From the IMG/VR virus record IMGVR_UViG_3300042402_003952: a stretch of 64,000 bases of DNA; one strand, given 5' to 3'. The stretch comes from a virus (Duplodnaviria; Caudoviricetes). The position numbers and the translations under genes were made by a program. Positions 6,278 through 15,150 of this stretch are shown here, one piece after another. How positions within the stretch are numbered: position 1 is the first letter of the stretch; every line of letters starts with the position of its first letter. Under the pieces are notes generated by a model. That model did no database searches, was not told where the DNA came from, and was given only the letters and a program-made list of their open reading frames with translations.

Positions 6278-6444
6278 TGGAACCTGGGGATGAATTTATT
6301 AGTAGGTCTGAAGTGCAGGAGATGATCGACCAAGCTATTGACAAACACAATAAAACTGCTACAATAATATCAGCAGCAATCGGTTCGGTTCTGCTCTTCT
6401 TCTATGCCCACGGCGTCATTGCTATTATAGATAGAGTACAATGA
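6277..6444 (+). CDS. small membrane protein (55 aa)
   Basis: MEPGDEFISRSEVQEMIDQAIDKHNKTATIISAAIGSVLLFFYAHGVIAIIDRVQ; one C-terminal TM segment. Confidence 0.65.
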   Translation: MEPGDEFISRSEVQEMIDQAIDKHNKTATIISAAIGSVLLFFYAHGVIAIIDRVQ

Positions 6445-6560
6445 GACACTTTGCTCATTTAATTTTGGATAATCAGGTTTCGCTTTTTATCCTTTGCTAC
6501 CTCTTGACAATGGTTCCAATCATGGGTATAATGATTATACACCAAACAAAAGAAAAATAA
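6441..6560 (+). CDS. small membrane protein (39 aa)
   Basis: ATGA overlap; MRHFAHLILDNQVSLFILCYLLTMVPIMGIMIIHQTKEK. Confidence 0.55.
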   Translation: MRHFAHLILDNQVSLFILCYLLTMVPIMGIMIIHQTKEK

Positions 6561-6636
6561 CGGAGTATCGCCTAACTTGGTCATGGCACCTGCTTTGGGA
6601 GCAGGAATAATTTCGGTTCAAATCCGAATACTCCGA
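6561..6636 (+). tRNA. tRNA-Pro(UGG), second copy
   Basis: CCTGC-TTTGGGA-GCAGG; acceptor CGGAGTA/TACTCCG. Confidence 0.9.
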
Positions 6637-6652
6637 TCATAAAAATAACTTT

Positions 6653-6880
6653 ATGAAAATGCAAGAACTAGAAGAACTTCAATCCTTTACAGTCGAAGAG
6701 TTTCAATCTGATTTTGACAATCTAATACAAAGAGTAGAAAACGGTGAATCATTTATCATACGAGATGGAAATAATAGCGCAGTGATAGTTCCTTACAACG
6801 AAACCATAAAGTACGCAATAGAATCAACTGTGGATGACGAACTGATACGTCTTCACACAGACCACGAAGAAGGTTCTTGA
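6653..6880 (+). CDS. Phd/YefM antitoxin-like protein (orphan)
   Basis: SFTVEEFQSDFDNLIQRVENGESFIIRDGNNSAVIVPY fits the Phd/YefM N-terminal pattern; acidic tail; no adjacent toxin seen. Confidence 0.5.
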   Translation: MKMQELEELQSFTVEEFQSDFDNLIQRVENGESFIIRDGNNSAVIVPYNETIKYAIESTVDDELIRLHTDHEEGS

Positions 6881-6905
6881 CACAGAGTTCCAGATCCTCT
6901 ATAAT
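6877..6905 (+). promoter_or_regulatory. consensus sigma70 promoter for the Ile(UAU)/CAU tRNA pair
   Basis: TTGACA-N17-TATAAT exact. Confidence 0.85.
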
Positions 6906-6919
6906 AGATTCAGATTCAA

Positions 6920-7007
6920 GCGAGTGAGACTTGGTAGTCAGAGGGCACTTATAACGCCTTTCCGCCAGATTAGCGGCTTTGACCTGGTTCGAATCCAGGC
7001 ACTCGTA
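6920..7007 (+). tRNA. atypical tRNA, UAU anticodon (Ile) with a long variable arm
   Basis: Acceptor GCGAGTG/CACTCGT; small D-arm GAC-TTGGTA-GTC; loop CT-TAT-AA; variable stem CCGC/GCGG; T-arm CCTGG-TTCGAAT-CCAGG. Confidence 0.75.
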
Positions 7008-7036
7008 TTGTTATTCGTGATTTGCGAATAGCGAAT

Positions 7037-7109
7037 GCCCGTTTGGCCCTCTGGTGAAGGCAATCTGCTCATAACAGATAGAAGGTCGGATCGTAACCGA
7101 CAACGGGCA
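7037..7109 (+). tRNA. tRNA with CAU anticodon (Met or Ile2), non-canonical T-loop
   Basis: ATCTG-CTCATAA-CAGAT; T-arm GTCGG-ATCGTAA-CCGAC (A54 instead of T54). Confidence 0.8.
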
Positions 7110-7157
7110 TTTTTTAATAAAACTCATATAAATAAATAGGACTGTCCTATTATAAGT

Positions 7158-7778
7158 ATGAGTTGTAAAAAGCAAGGTTTATTTGATAAACATCATATTG
7201 TCCCAAGATATATGGGTGGGACAGATAACTTTGATAATTTGGTTACAGTATCGAGGACTTGCCATACGATGTTTCATTATTGTAACTGGAATCTATGGAA
7301 CAACAAAGAAGATTATATTGCGTATAAAGGATTGTCTTCTCAAATAACAAAACAAGATATAATTAAAGAGACTGCTAGTATTGCTGGTAAAAAATCTTAC
7401 AAAAATGGAACTGGGTTATTTTCTCTAACAAAAGAAGAAAAGAAAAAAGCATCTTCAAAGGGAGGTAAAAAAGCAGGGAAATATATGTCACAATCTATGT
7501 GGATAAATGATGGAACACAAAATAGAAGAATATTAAAAATCGAAATATTACCTGATGGTTGGGTAGCAGGTAAAGTTAAAAAGAAAAAAAGAAAAAGATA
7601 TGGAAGAAGTTGGGACGAATATATGGATACATTTAAAGAGGAATATCAAAGTAGAATTGAATACTTAAATGGAGTTGACTTGACAAAATGGGGTATTAAG
7701 ACTAAAATTGCTAATGACTGGGGCATTTCAAGAACACAAGTAAATAGATTTCTTGAAAAACACTATTTACCAGCATAG
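7158..7778 (+). CDS. free-standing HNH homing endonuclease
   Basis: KHHIVPRYMGGTDNFDNLVTVSRTCHTMFH; C-terminal HTH-like WGISRTQVNRFL; late promoter upstream; homologous to the psbA intron-1 ORF. Confidence 0.8.
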   Translation: MSCKKQGLFDKHHIVPRYMGGTDNFDNLVTVSRTCHTMFHYCNWNLWNNKEDYIAYKGLSSQITKQDIIKETASIAGKKSYKNGTGLFSLTKEEKKKASSKGGKKAGKYMSQSMWINDGTQNRRILKIEILPDGWVAGKVKKKKRKRYGRSWDEYMDTFKEEYQSRIEYLNGVDLTKWGIKTKIANDWGISRTQVNRFLEKHYLPA

Positions 7779-7851
7779 GACACTCATCCAAGTGTCTCAC
7801 TTGACTTCTCCAAGTCAAACCCTTATAATACTAAGGTCAACATTCAAAACA

Positions 7852-8067
7852 ATGACTCTCACAGCAAAATTCAAGAAAGACGTTCAAACCCTTCGTGGTG
7901 CAGCAAATGGCGATTTCTACCTTGATGTAAAGAATCCAAAACTTTACAAAAAGGTTCGTCGATACTATGAAAACGAAGGTGTAGTATTTTCTGGTGATCC
8001 TTTGGATGATTATGAAATGCTTATGGAATATGTTCTTTCTGACCTTGAATCTGTCGAGGTTGCCTGA
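7852..8067 (+). CDS. conserved cyanophage hypothetical protein
   Basis: TTGACT-N17-TATAAT promoter at 7801-7829; MTLTAKFKKDVQTLRGAANGDFYLDVKNPKLYKKVRRYY. Confidence 0.7.
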   Translation: MTLTAKFKKDVQTLRGAANGDFYLDVKNPKLYKKVRRYYENEGVVFSGDPLDDYEMLMEYVLSDLESVEVA

Positions 8068-8103
8068 GTAAATAGTCACGGAGAGACTTTAAAAGTACTG
8101 GTC

Positions 8104-8346
8104 GTGAGCAAACCCCTTATGTCTAGATCTGATTTACTTCGGTGGATTGGAAACATTCTCCTCATAATAGGATATCAAATCATGTTATGGGGGGATTTCA
8201 AATACGGTTTAATGATAAAAGTTGTTGGAGGACTACTCACAATACCTTTTGCTATTAAACTTAAACTTTGGGATGTTCTATTTTTATGTGCATTCTTTGG
8301 TATTACCGAGATATCAAAGTTAACCCAACTTTTCTTAGTTTCTTAA
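8104..8346 (+). CDS. hypothetical multi-TM membrane protein
   Basis: Three hydrophobic segments. Confidence 0.65.
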   Translation: MSKPLMSRSDLLRWIGNILLIIGYQIMLWGDFKYGLMIKVVGGLLTIPFAIKLKLWDVLFLCAFFGITEISKLTQLFLVS

Positions 8347-8351
8347 AACTA

Positions 8352-8475
8352 AGTGGTGGAGCCTCAGAAAGGACCCTCTAGGGTTTATTGCTTCCTTTAA
8401 AGAGCAATTGGTGCGGATGGGGATCTCTCCTGCCTGGTTTCCAATTTCCAGTCAAAGAATTGGTGGCGAGACTGA
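8352..8475 (+). ncRNA. structured RNA upstream of the NAD-dependent epimerase (wcaG/manA-type cyanophage motif)
   Basis: Two tandem modules GGTTT-[stem]-TTCC-N3/4-AAAGA-[stem]-TGG with compensating stems ATTGC/GCAAT and CCAAT/ATTGG; TGGYG motifs; upstream of a WcaG-family gene. Confidence 0.6.
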
Positions 8476-8484
8476 GTTTACCTA

Positions 8485-8512
8485 GAGGAGTTGCATAAAC
8501 TCCTCTTTTTTT
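8485..8512 (+). terminator. intrinsic terminator
   Basis: GAGGAGTT-GCATA-AACTCCTC followed by a T run. Confidence 0.8.
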
Positions 8513-8545
8513 GTATAATATATACTAAGAGAATTTTATTAATCT

Positions 8546-9613
8546 ATGAGTGATTATAAAAAAACAGCACTTGTTCTTGGTGCTGGTGGCTTTATTGGAA
8601 GTCATATGGTAAAAAGACTGCGATCCGAAGGGTATTGGGTTCGTGGTGTAGACCTTAAGTATCCAGAATATTCAGATACTGAAGCAAATGAATTTATTGT
8701 TGGAGACCTGAGAGATGCTGCTTTTGTTGAGAGAGTAATTAACTTTAAAGGATACCTAGGTAATTTTTATCATTTTGTTCCTTCAAAGCATGTTGATACC
8801 TTTGATGAAATCTATCAGTTTGCTGCTGATATGGGTGGCGCAGGATTTGTATTCACTGGTGAGAATGATGCAGATATTATGCACAACTCTGCAACCATTA
8901 ATCTGAATGTTCTTGAAGCGCAAAGACAATTAAATGATTTTAAAGGTGTAAACAAAACAAAAATTTTCTATTCTGGATCGGCATGTATGTATCCAGAATA
9001 TAATCAACTAGATCCAGATAATCCCGATTGCCGTGAAGAATCCGCATATCCCGCAGCACCAGATTCTGAATATGGTTGGGAGAAACTGTTCTCAGAGCGG
9101 TTGTTTTTCGCTTATCATCGTAATTATGGGATCCCTGTTCGGGTTGCTAGGTATCATAATATCTTTGGACCAGAAGGAACCTGGGAAGGTGGACGAGAAA
9201 AAGCACCAGCAGCAATCTGTCGTAAAGTAGCATATCTGCAGAAGGAAGGTGGAACAGTTGAAGTATGGGGAGATGGTTTACAAACTCGTTCTTTCTTGTA
9301 CATTGATGAATGTATTGAAGCAACACGAAGGATGATGGATTCTGAATTTATTGGACCAGTCAATATTGGTTCAGAAGAAATGGTTACTATCAATCAACTT
9401 GTAGATACTGCTGCTAAAGTTGCAGGTAAGGTTGTAGAAAAGAATCATATTGACGGACCTCTTGGAGTTCGTGGTCGTAATTCAAATAACGATCTTATTC
9501 GCGAAAAACTTGGTTGGGACTATTCTCAAACACTTGAAGAGGGAATTCATAAGACTTATAATTGGATTTCTGAACAAATTAACAAAAAACATATTGCACA
9601 TCATCCTGTATAA
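8546..9613 (+). CDS. NAD-dependent epimerase/dehydratase (GDP-mannose 3,5-epimerase-like, WcaG family)
   Basis: LVLGAGGFIGSH, AADMGG, YGWEK catalytic YxxxK, GREKAPAA. Confidence 0.9.
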   Translation: MSDYKKTALVLGAGGFIGSHMVKRLRSEGYWVRGVDLKYPEYSDTEANEFIVGDLRDAAFVERVINFKGYLGNFYHFVPSKHVDTFDEIYQFAADMGGAGFVFTGENDADIMHNSATINLNVLEAQRQLNDFKGVNKTKIFYSGSACMYPEYNQLDPDNPDCREESAYPAAPDSEYGWEKLFSERLFFAYHRNYGIPVRVARYHNIFGPEGTWEGGREKAPAAICRKVAYLQKEGGTVEVWGDGLQTRSFLYIDECIEATRRMMDSEFIGPVNIGSEEMVTINQLVDTAAKVAGKVVEKNHIDGPLGVRGRNSNNDLIREKLGWDYSQTLEEGIHKTYNWISEQINKKHIAHHPV

Positions 9614-9615
9614 AA

Positions 9616-10275
9616 ATGGCAAAACTACAAAACGCAATTCACCTTCGTCCTACATTTGAAGACTTTGGTATTCAACATTATGTTGAAACTGGAACTGGTG
9701 GAATTTTAGATTCATATGGTCAGAATTCTCTCCTCCAAGTTTCACAACTTCAAAAATCTGATTTGACTATGCATTCGATTGAAATTCTTGATCGAATTTA
9801 TAGCGAAGCGGTTGATTATTTCAAAGATAATTCAAAAGTTTGTATGCATCTTGGCAATAGCCACGATGAACTTCCTAAAGTTCTTGATGAACTTGATGAG
9901 AATCCTGCTCTATTTTTCCTTGATGCTCATTTTCCAGATTCATATCGTGATGAGTTTAATCGTGAAGTTATTCGTGATGATCCTGATTACATTAAAATTC
10001 CACTCGAAGGAGAACTTAGAATTCTATGCCAGAAACGTGATGTAAGTAAGGATATTATTGTTATTGATGATATTCGAATTTATAAAGAAGGTCCTTATCA
10101 AAATGGAAACTTTGAAAATAAAGCTCTCCATGGTGGAGAAAGTCTAGACTTTGTTTATGAACTTCTTGATGAAACGCATGTTATTGTTGAATCTTACTTG
10201 CAAGAAGGTTATTTGATTTGTTTTCCAATTAGTACCAAAGAAGATTCTCTTCGCAAATATATTGTTGGTGCATAA
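9616..10275 (+). CDS. hypothetical SAM-methyltransferase-like protein
   Basis: YVETGT...SIEI...GNS...FFLDAH...IIVIDDIR pattern. Confidence 0.55.
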   Translation: MAKLQNAIHLRPTFEDFGIQHYVETGTGGILDSYGQNSLLQVSQLQKSDLTMHSIEILDRIYSEAVDYFKDNSKVCMHLGNSHDELPKVLDELDENPALFFLDAHFPDSYRDEFNREVIRDDPDYIKIPLEGELRILCQKRDVSKDIIVIDDIRIYKEGPYQNGNFENKALHGGESLDFVYELLDETHVIVESYLQEGYLICFPISTKEDSLRKYIVGA

Positions 10276-11117
10276 TGAAATTACAGAATTGTAAATATAC
10301 CTCTGCATCGGGTGGATGTGATCTTCTAGGACATCCAGAAATGAATGTCCTAGACTGTCTCTGGAATTGTGGATTTTATTCTAATCAGTTTCAGATTTTT
10401 TGTTCACTTCTAATTTTAATGAGACATGGGATTGTTCCTGATAAAATTGATTATTCAATGGGATTCAAACATTTTAAAAAAGATCCTAATCAGGACATTT
10501 ATCCGTTATTTCATCAGATAGATAAGAATCAACCAGTAGACCTTTTTGCAGATATTGATATTCCTGATGCAAATAAGTTTCAAAAAAATCTTTACAATTT
10601 TGAAATTTACAATCAAATCACAAAGAGATTCTTTAATCCAAGTGATATTATTAATGATAGAAAAAAATATTTGCTAGAGAAGTATCAGATAGATACTTCA
10701 AAAACAATTTCAGTTTTGTATAGAGGAACTGATAAGGGAACCGAATTAAAACTTGCTAATCCAGAGCAGTATATGGTAGTTACTAAAAGTCTTCTTAGTC
10801 AAAATAGTGACTTTAAAGTTTTGCTTCAAACTGATCAAACTCAAGTGATTCATTATTTTCACGAAGAATTGAGAGATAGATTAGTTATATTTGAAGAGAC
10901 TCCATCTACAACATCTAATCGTGTTATATGGAGTCTCATGGAGCAGAATGGTGCAGATTCAATTGATTGGTCTCAGTGGTTTGATGCTGCACTTAGGTGT
11001 GTTTCTGATTGTAAATATGTTGTAAATCATACTGGAAATGTTGGTATGTTTATGAATTTGTATAGAGGAAATTTGGAAGGAGTATATCAATTTAATGAAA
11101 GTGGAGATTTGGGATGA
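10275..11117 (+). CDS. NodZ/alpha-1,2-fucosyltransferase-like glycosyltransferase
   Basis: ISVLYRGTDK motif and VLLQTD. Confidence 0.6.
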   Translation: MKLQNCKYTSASGGCDLLGHPEMNVLDCLWNCGFYSNQFQIFCSLLILMRHGIVPDKIDYSMGFKHFKKDPNQDIYPLFHQIDKNQPVDLFADIDIPDANKFQKNLYNFEIYNQITKRFFNPSDIINDRKKYLLEKYQIDTSKTISVLYRGTDKGTELKLANPEQYMVVTKSLLSQNSDFKVLLQTDQTQVIHYFHEELRDRLVIFEETPSTTSNRVIWSLMEQNGADSIDWSQWFDAALRCVSDCKYVVNHTGNVGMFMNLYRGNLEGVYQFNESGDLG

Positions 11118-11692
11118 AAAACATAAACGCAGAAATAGAATACATTGAAAATTTACCATCCTTTAGTTGGCCAGCAGATTACTTTGAAAATGTTATTTCT
11201 TATGTAAAAAACGAAGGATTGTGGTTAGAATTTGGTGTTTGTTCTGGAAACACAATAAACATAATCTCTTCAAAAACGAAAAACACTGTTTATGGTTTTG
11301 ATAGTTTTTTAGGTCTTCCTGAAGATTGGGGAGATCATCAACCAAAAGGAGCATATAGTAGAAATGGAAATCTTCCATCTATTAATAATAATGTAGAGTT
11401 AGTTGTAGGATTATTTCAAGATACTTTGGATGATTTTCTAAAAGAACATAAAGAACCAGTAGCATATTTGCACTTAGATGCGGATCTATATTCATCAACT
11501 AAATTTGTTCTAGACAAACTTAAAAAAAGAATTGTTTCTGGAACTGTTATTTCATTTGATGAAATTAGAAACTATCCAGAATATAGAGATCATGAAATTA
11601 AAGCATGGTTAGAATTTTCTAGTAAAACAAAAATATCATATGAATGGATTAGTAGAACTGATTATGAACAAGCCACATGTATAGTAAAATGA
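11114..11692 (+). CDS. TylF/MycF-type class I SAM methyltransferase
   Basis: LEFGVCSG, VYGFDSFLGLPEDW, GLFQDTL, LHLDADLYSST, ISFDE. Confidence 0.8.
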   Translation: MKNINAEIEYIENLPSFSWPADYFENVISYVKNEGLWLEFGVCSGNTINIISSKTKNTVYGFDSFLGLPEDWGDHQPKGAYSRNGNLPSINNNVELVVGLFQDTLDDFLKEHKEPVAYLHLDADLYSSTKFVLDKLKKRIVSGTVISFDEIRNYPEYRDHEIKAWLEFSSKTKISYEWISRTDYEQATCIVK

Positions 11693-12483
11693 ATAAAGTT
11701 TCTGATTTAGTTTTTCATCATCATACATCTTTAGGTGATAATTTTATTTGCAATGGAATTGTTCATAATTATGCAGAACAACTTTGCGAAAGACTCCATA
11801 TTCCTTGTCATCATAGGTATTATGAAACTGTAAGTTGCCTTTATCAAGATTTTGAGAATATTATTGTGCATCCTTTTAATGATGACTGGGCAACTTTGGA
11901 GCAAGAAATGTTTCCTTGGGCACAAGAGAAAGGGTGGCCTGTAACAAGAATTGGATTTGAAAAAGTTTATTATCGCCGCCTTCAAAGAGAAAATTCCCCA
12001 CCAGAATTTTTTGCTGTCAACTTTGATAGGCAATTTTATGAGCAAGCAGGAATTCTTTTTAAGGAAAGGTATGAAAAGTTTACCCTACCAAAACAAATCC
12101 CTGGAGTAGATGAAGTTTATGATAAGTTGACAGAAGGTGAAAATGATTATATCTTAGTGCATAAGAATTCCAGTGCAGAAGAAGATTATCCAATCGATCT
12201 TTGGACTTGGAGAAGAAATCAAATAGGTGCAATTCCTGATACTAAAATTATAAAAATTCAAATGGGACAGACAACGAATATGTTGTCATATATGAAACTC
12301 ATTGAAAATGCAAAAGAGATTCATTGCATAAACAGTAGTTTCTTTTGTCTGGTTGATAGTGTTGCTAAGAGACTTAAACCAAAACTTTTTTACCATGATA
12401 TTCGCATGAATAATATTACTCAAACAAATTGTGAAGCGAATGGTAATCGTTGGACTGTTGTTGATTATCCTTTTAAGAAATGA
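11689..12483 (+). CDS. hypothetical glycosyltransferase-like protein
   Basis: HHHTSLGDNFICNG and AKEIHCINSSF motifs; located in the polysaccharide operon. Confidence 0.55.
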   Translation: MNKVSDLVFHHHTSLGDNFICNGIVHNYAEQLCERLHIPCHHRYYETVSCLYQDFENIIVHPFNDDWATLEQEMFPWAQEKGWPVTRIGFEKVYYRRLQRENSPPEFFAVNFDRQFYEQAGILFKERYEKFTLPKQIPGVDEVYDKLTEGENDYILVHKNSSAEEDYPIDLWTWRRNQIGAIPDTKIIKIQMGQTTNMLSYMKLIENAKEIHCINSSFFCLVDSVAKRLKPKLFYHDIRMNNITQTNCEANGNRWTVVDYPFKK

Positions 12484-13358
12484 AAAAAATAGCAGTTTCT
12501 ACTTGGTGTACTGATGATTATGCCGTACATTTAAGACCAGATAAGTTACAGAAACTTATTAATCACTTTCATCCGGAAATTGATTTTCATATTTTTGGTA
12601 CAGAAGATACTAAAAATATAACTAAAGATCATCCTTGGATTGGCAAAGAAAATGTTAGATTTTCTGATTGGATGATGGTAGTTACATGTCTTCCTTTAGT
12701 TGAAGACTATGATATGGTTATTCATATAGACGCAGATTCTTTTTGTATCGGTAGTCTTGATCATGTTATTAATTCTGATGCTGAACTAATTGGTGTTAGG
12801 AATAATAATTTCTTTGGAAAAGCAGGTGCAGCACAACCATGCGTAAGTCCTTTTTATGAACCGTATGGTGATGGTGGAATGATTGGTGTTGATCAATTCC
12901 TTAATGCCGGATTCATCGCTTCAAATGATAAACAATTCTGGTATGAATGGAGAGACTTTAATAAGTTTGTTGCTGAGCAAAGTGATGGACAAACATTCAC
13001 TTATAGACCTTGGCCATTAATTCGCAATGAACAAGATACTTGGAATCATATTTTCCATGCAAAAAATAAGTACACTACTGAAATTGTTGATAAAGAAGGT
13101 AGTGGTGTAACATATGGAATAGTTAATCAGTGGGGAGAAAAAGATCATTGTGAGAGTTGGAAAAATTTATATGTAAAAGATAATTCGGTTTACATTGATC
13201 ATCCAATTACAGGAGAACCTTTGAGGACAAGTGTTCTTCATGCTGCTGGAGTTGGAACAATGGAAACTATTAAAGAATATGGTGACCATTATAACTGGTT
13301 GTATGGTATAATTAAACCAGAGGTAAAAGATTACATTCAAACAATTTTAGGAGAATAA
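12480..13358 (+). CDS. GT-A fold glycosyltransferase (GT8-like)
   Basis: IHIDADS DxD motif, FLNAGFI, NEQDTWN. Confidence 0.6.
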   Translation: MKKIAVSTWCTDDYAVHLRPDKLQKLINHFHPEIDFHIFGTEDTKNITKDHPWIGKENVRFSDWMMVVTCLPLVEDYDMVIHIDADSFCIGSLDHVINSDAELIGVRNNNFFGKAGAAQPCVSPFYEPYGDGGMIGVDQFLNAGFIASNDKQFWYEWRDFNKFVAEQSDGQTFTYRPWPLIRNEQDTWNHIFHAKNKYTTEIVDKEGSGVTYGIVNQWGEKDHCESWKNLYVKDNSVYIDHPITGEPLRTSVLHAAGVGTMETIKEYGDHYNWLYGIIKPEVKDYIQTILGE

Positions 13359-13359
13359 A

Positions 13360-14070
13360 ATGACTGTTATTTTGAAAACGATTAAAGATCTTAAAACATA
13401 TGATCTTTCTAAATCTGAAAAATTTTTAGAGCATCATAATACACCGCACTCAAAAACAACTGCAATTCTTGAGCAATTTGAGAATGGATTCTATTCCTTT
13501 CTTGATGAAAATGAAGAAGTCGTAATGGTTGATCTTGGTGCAAACATCGGACTTTTCTCTCTCTATATGAGTTCTATCTGCAAAGAAGTTTATGCAGTTG
13601 AACCAACACCTTCTCATATTGAGATCATGAAAGATCTTTTTAAAAATCTTGGTGTAAAAAATATCTTTCCGCATCAAGTTGCAATTCACACAAAAAATGG
13701 TGAAGAAGAATTTCAATTAAACAGTAGTAACTCTACAATGAATTCTTTCCTTCGTCATGGTATTGATCCTGGTGGAACTGACAGTGTTATGGTTCCAACT
13801 ACAACTCTTGCAGATTTTATTAAAAATAATGTGAAGAAAAGAGTTAATTTTGTTAAGATGGACATTGAAGGTTTTGAAAATGTGATCGTTCATGATCCAT
13901 CATTTGAAGATGCAATCAAAGAGATTGATGCCATTTATGTTGAAGTTCATGACTTTGAAGGTGTTGGAAAGATGGAAGAGAACGTAAACAAAGTTATTGA
14001 ACGACTTGAATCACTAGGCAAGAAAACCGTAAAACTTACTTATGATGGAGTTCTTGGTTATGACGGATGA
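13360..14070 (+). CDS. FkbM-family methyltransferase
   Basis: VDLGANIGLFS, VYAVEP, FVKMDIEGFE. Confidence 0.9.
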   Translation: MTVILKTIKDLKTYDLSKSEKFLEHHNTPHSKTTAILEQFENGFYSFLDENEEVVMVDLGANIGLFSLYMSSICKEVYAVEPTPSHIEIMKDLFKNLGVKNIFPHQVAIHTKNGEEEFQLNSSNSTMNSFLRHGIDPGGTDSVMVPTTTLADFIKNNVKKRVNFVKMDIEGFENVIVHDPSFEDAIKEIDAIYVEVHDFEGVGKMEENVNKVIERLESLGKKTVKLTYDGVLGYDG

Positions 14071-14683
14071 AAAACTAGAACGTAGACTTCTTGATATTTG
14101 CTACAATAAAAAACTCCATCACTTGGGAAGTTATTTTTCTTGTTTACATCTCATTGATAAAATCTACGGTGAGATGCAAGATGATGATATTTTCATCCTC
14201 TCAAATGGACATGCTGTAGTTTCTCTCTATGTTGTTCTTGAAAAATATTTTGGATTTGATGCAGAAGAACTTCTTGAAAAATATGGAGAGCATCCAAAAA
14301 GAAATGAAGATGTAAAAATTCATTGCTCAACTGGAAGTCTTGGTATGGGATTAACAGTTGCTGTTGGAAGAGCACTAGCAAATCCTGATCGTAATGTTTA
14401 TTGTATGATCTCTGATGGTGAGTGTGCAGAAGGATCTATTTGGGAAGCATTAAGGTTTGCATATGAAAAAAATGTTCACAATCTTAAGATTTATGTGAAT
14501 GCAAATGGATGGGCTGCTTATGATGCTGTAGATTTAGATTACCTTGAGGATAGAATTAAAGCATTTAATCCTTATGTGAACTTTGTAAGAACTACAGTTG
14601 AGCATCATGGACTTGAAGGACTACATGCTCACTATACTAATTTTACAGAAGAACAATATAAATCTGCCTTGGAGGTTCTATGA
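14060..14683 (+). CDS. transketolase, N-terminal TPP-binding subunit
   Basis: HLGS, FILSNGH, TGSLGMGL, GDGECAEGSIWEA-type TPP motif (SDGECAEG). Confidence 0.85.
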   Translation: MTDEKLERRLLDICYNKKLHHLGSYFSCLHLIDKIYGEMQDDDIFILSNGHAVVSLYVVLEKYFGFDAEELLEKYGEHPKRNEDVKIHCSTGSLGMGLTVAVGRALANPDRNVYCMISDGECAEGSIWEALRFAYEKNVHNLKIYVNANGWAAYDAVDLDYLEDRIKAFNPYVNFVRTTVEHHGLEGLHAHYTNFTEEQYKSALEVL

Positions 14684-15150
14684 GAAGGACATTTAGAGAT
14701 CAATTAACTATTGAGATGAGAGAGAATCCTAAAATTTCTCTTTTAGTTGGTGATGTTGGATATGGATTGTTTGATGATCTTAGAAAAGAGTTTCCTCATA
14801 GAGTTATTAATCCTGGAGCATCTGAGCAATTGATGATCGGAATGGCAGTCGGAATGGCAATGGAAGAAATTATTCCAGTTGTTTACTCTATTACTCCTTT
14901 TGTTCTATATCGTCCATTTGAGTTTATTCGTAATTATGTAAATCACGAAAACATTCCAGTAAAACTTGTTGGAAGTGGAAGAAATGATGACTACGGTGTT
15001 TGTGGATTTTCTCATTATGCTTGCGAAGACATGCAAGTATTATCAATCTTTCCAAACATCAAAACTTTCATTCCAAATACAAAGAATGATGTGAATGTAA
15101 AAGAATTCTTATATAACTCTTCCCCATCTTATATGAATTTGAGTAGATGA
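14680..15150 (+). CDS. transketolase, pyrimidine-binding subunit (no C-terminal domain)
   Basis: GDVGYG, NPGASEQLMIGMAVGMA, RPFEFIR, SH; only 156 aa. Confidence 0.85.
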   Translation: MRRTFRDQLTIEMRENPKISLLVGDVGYGLFDDLRKEFPHRVINPGASEQLMIGMAVGMAMEEIIPVVYSITPFVLYRPFEFIRNYVNHENIPVKLVGSGRNDDYGVCGFSHYACEDMQVLSIFPNIKTFIPNTKNDVNVKEFLYNSSPSYMNLSR

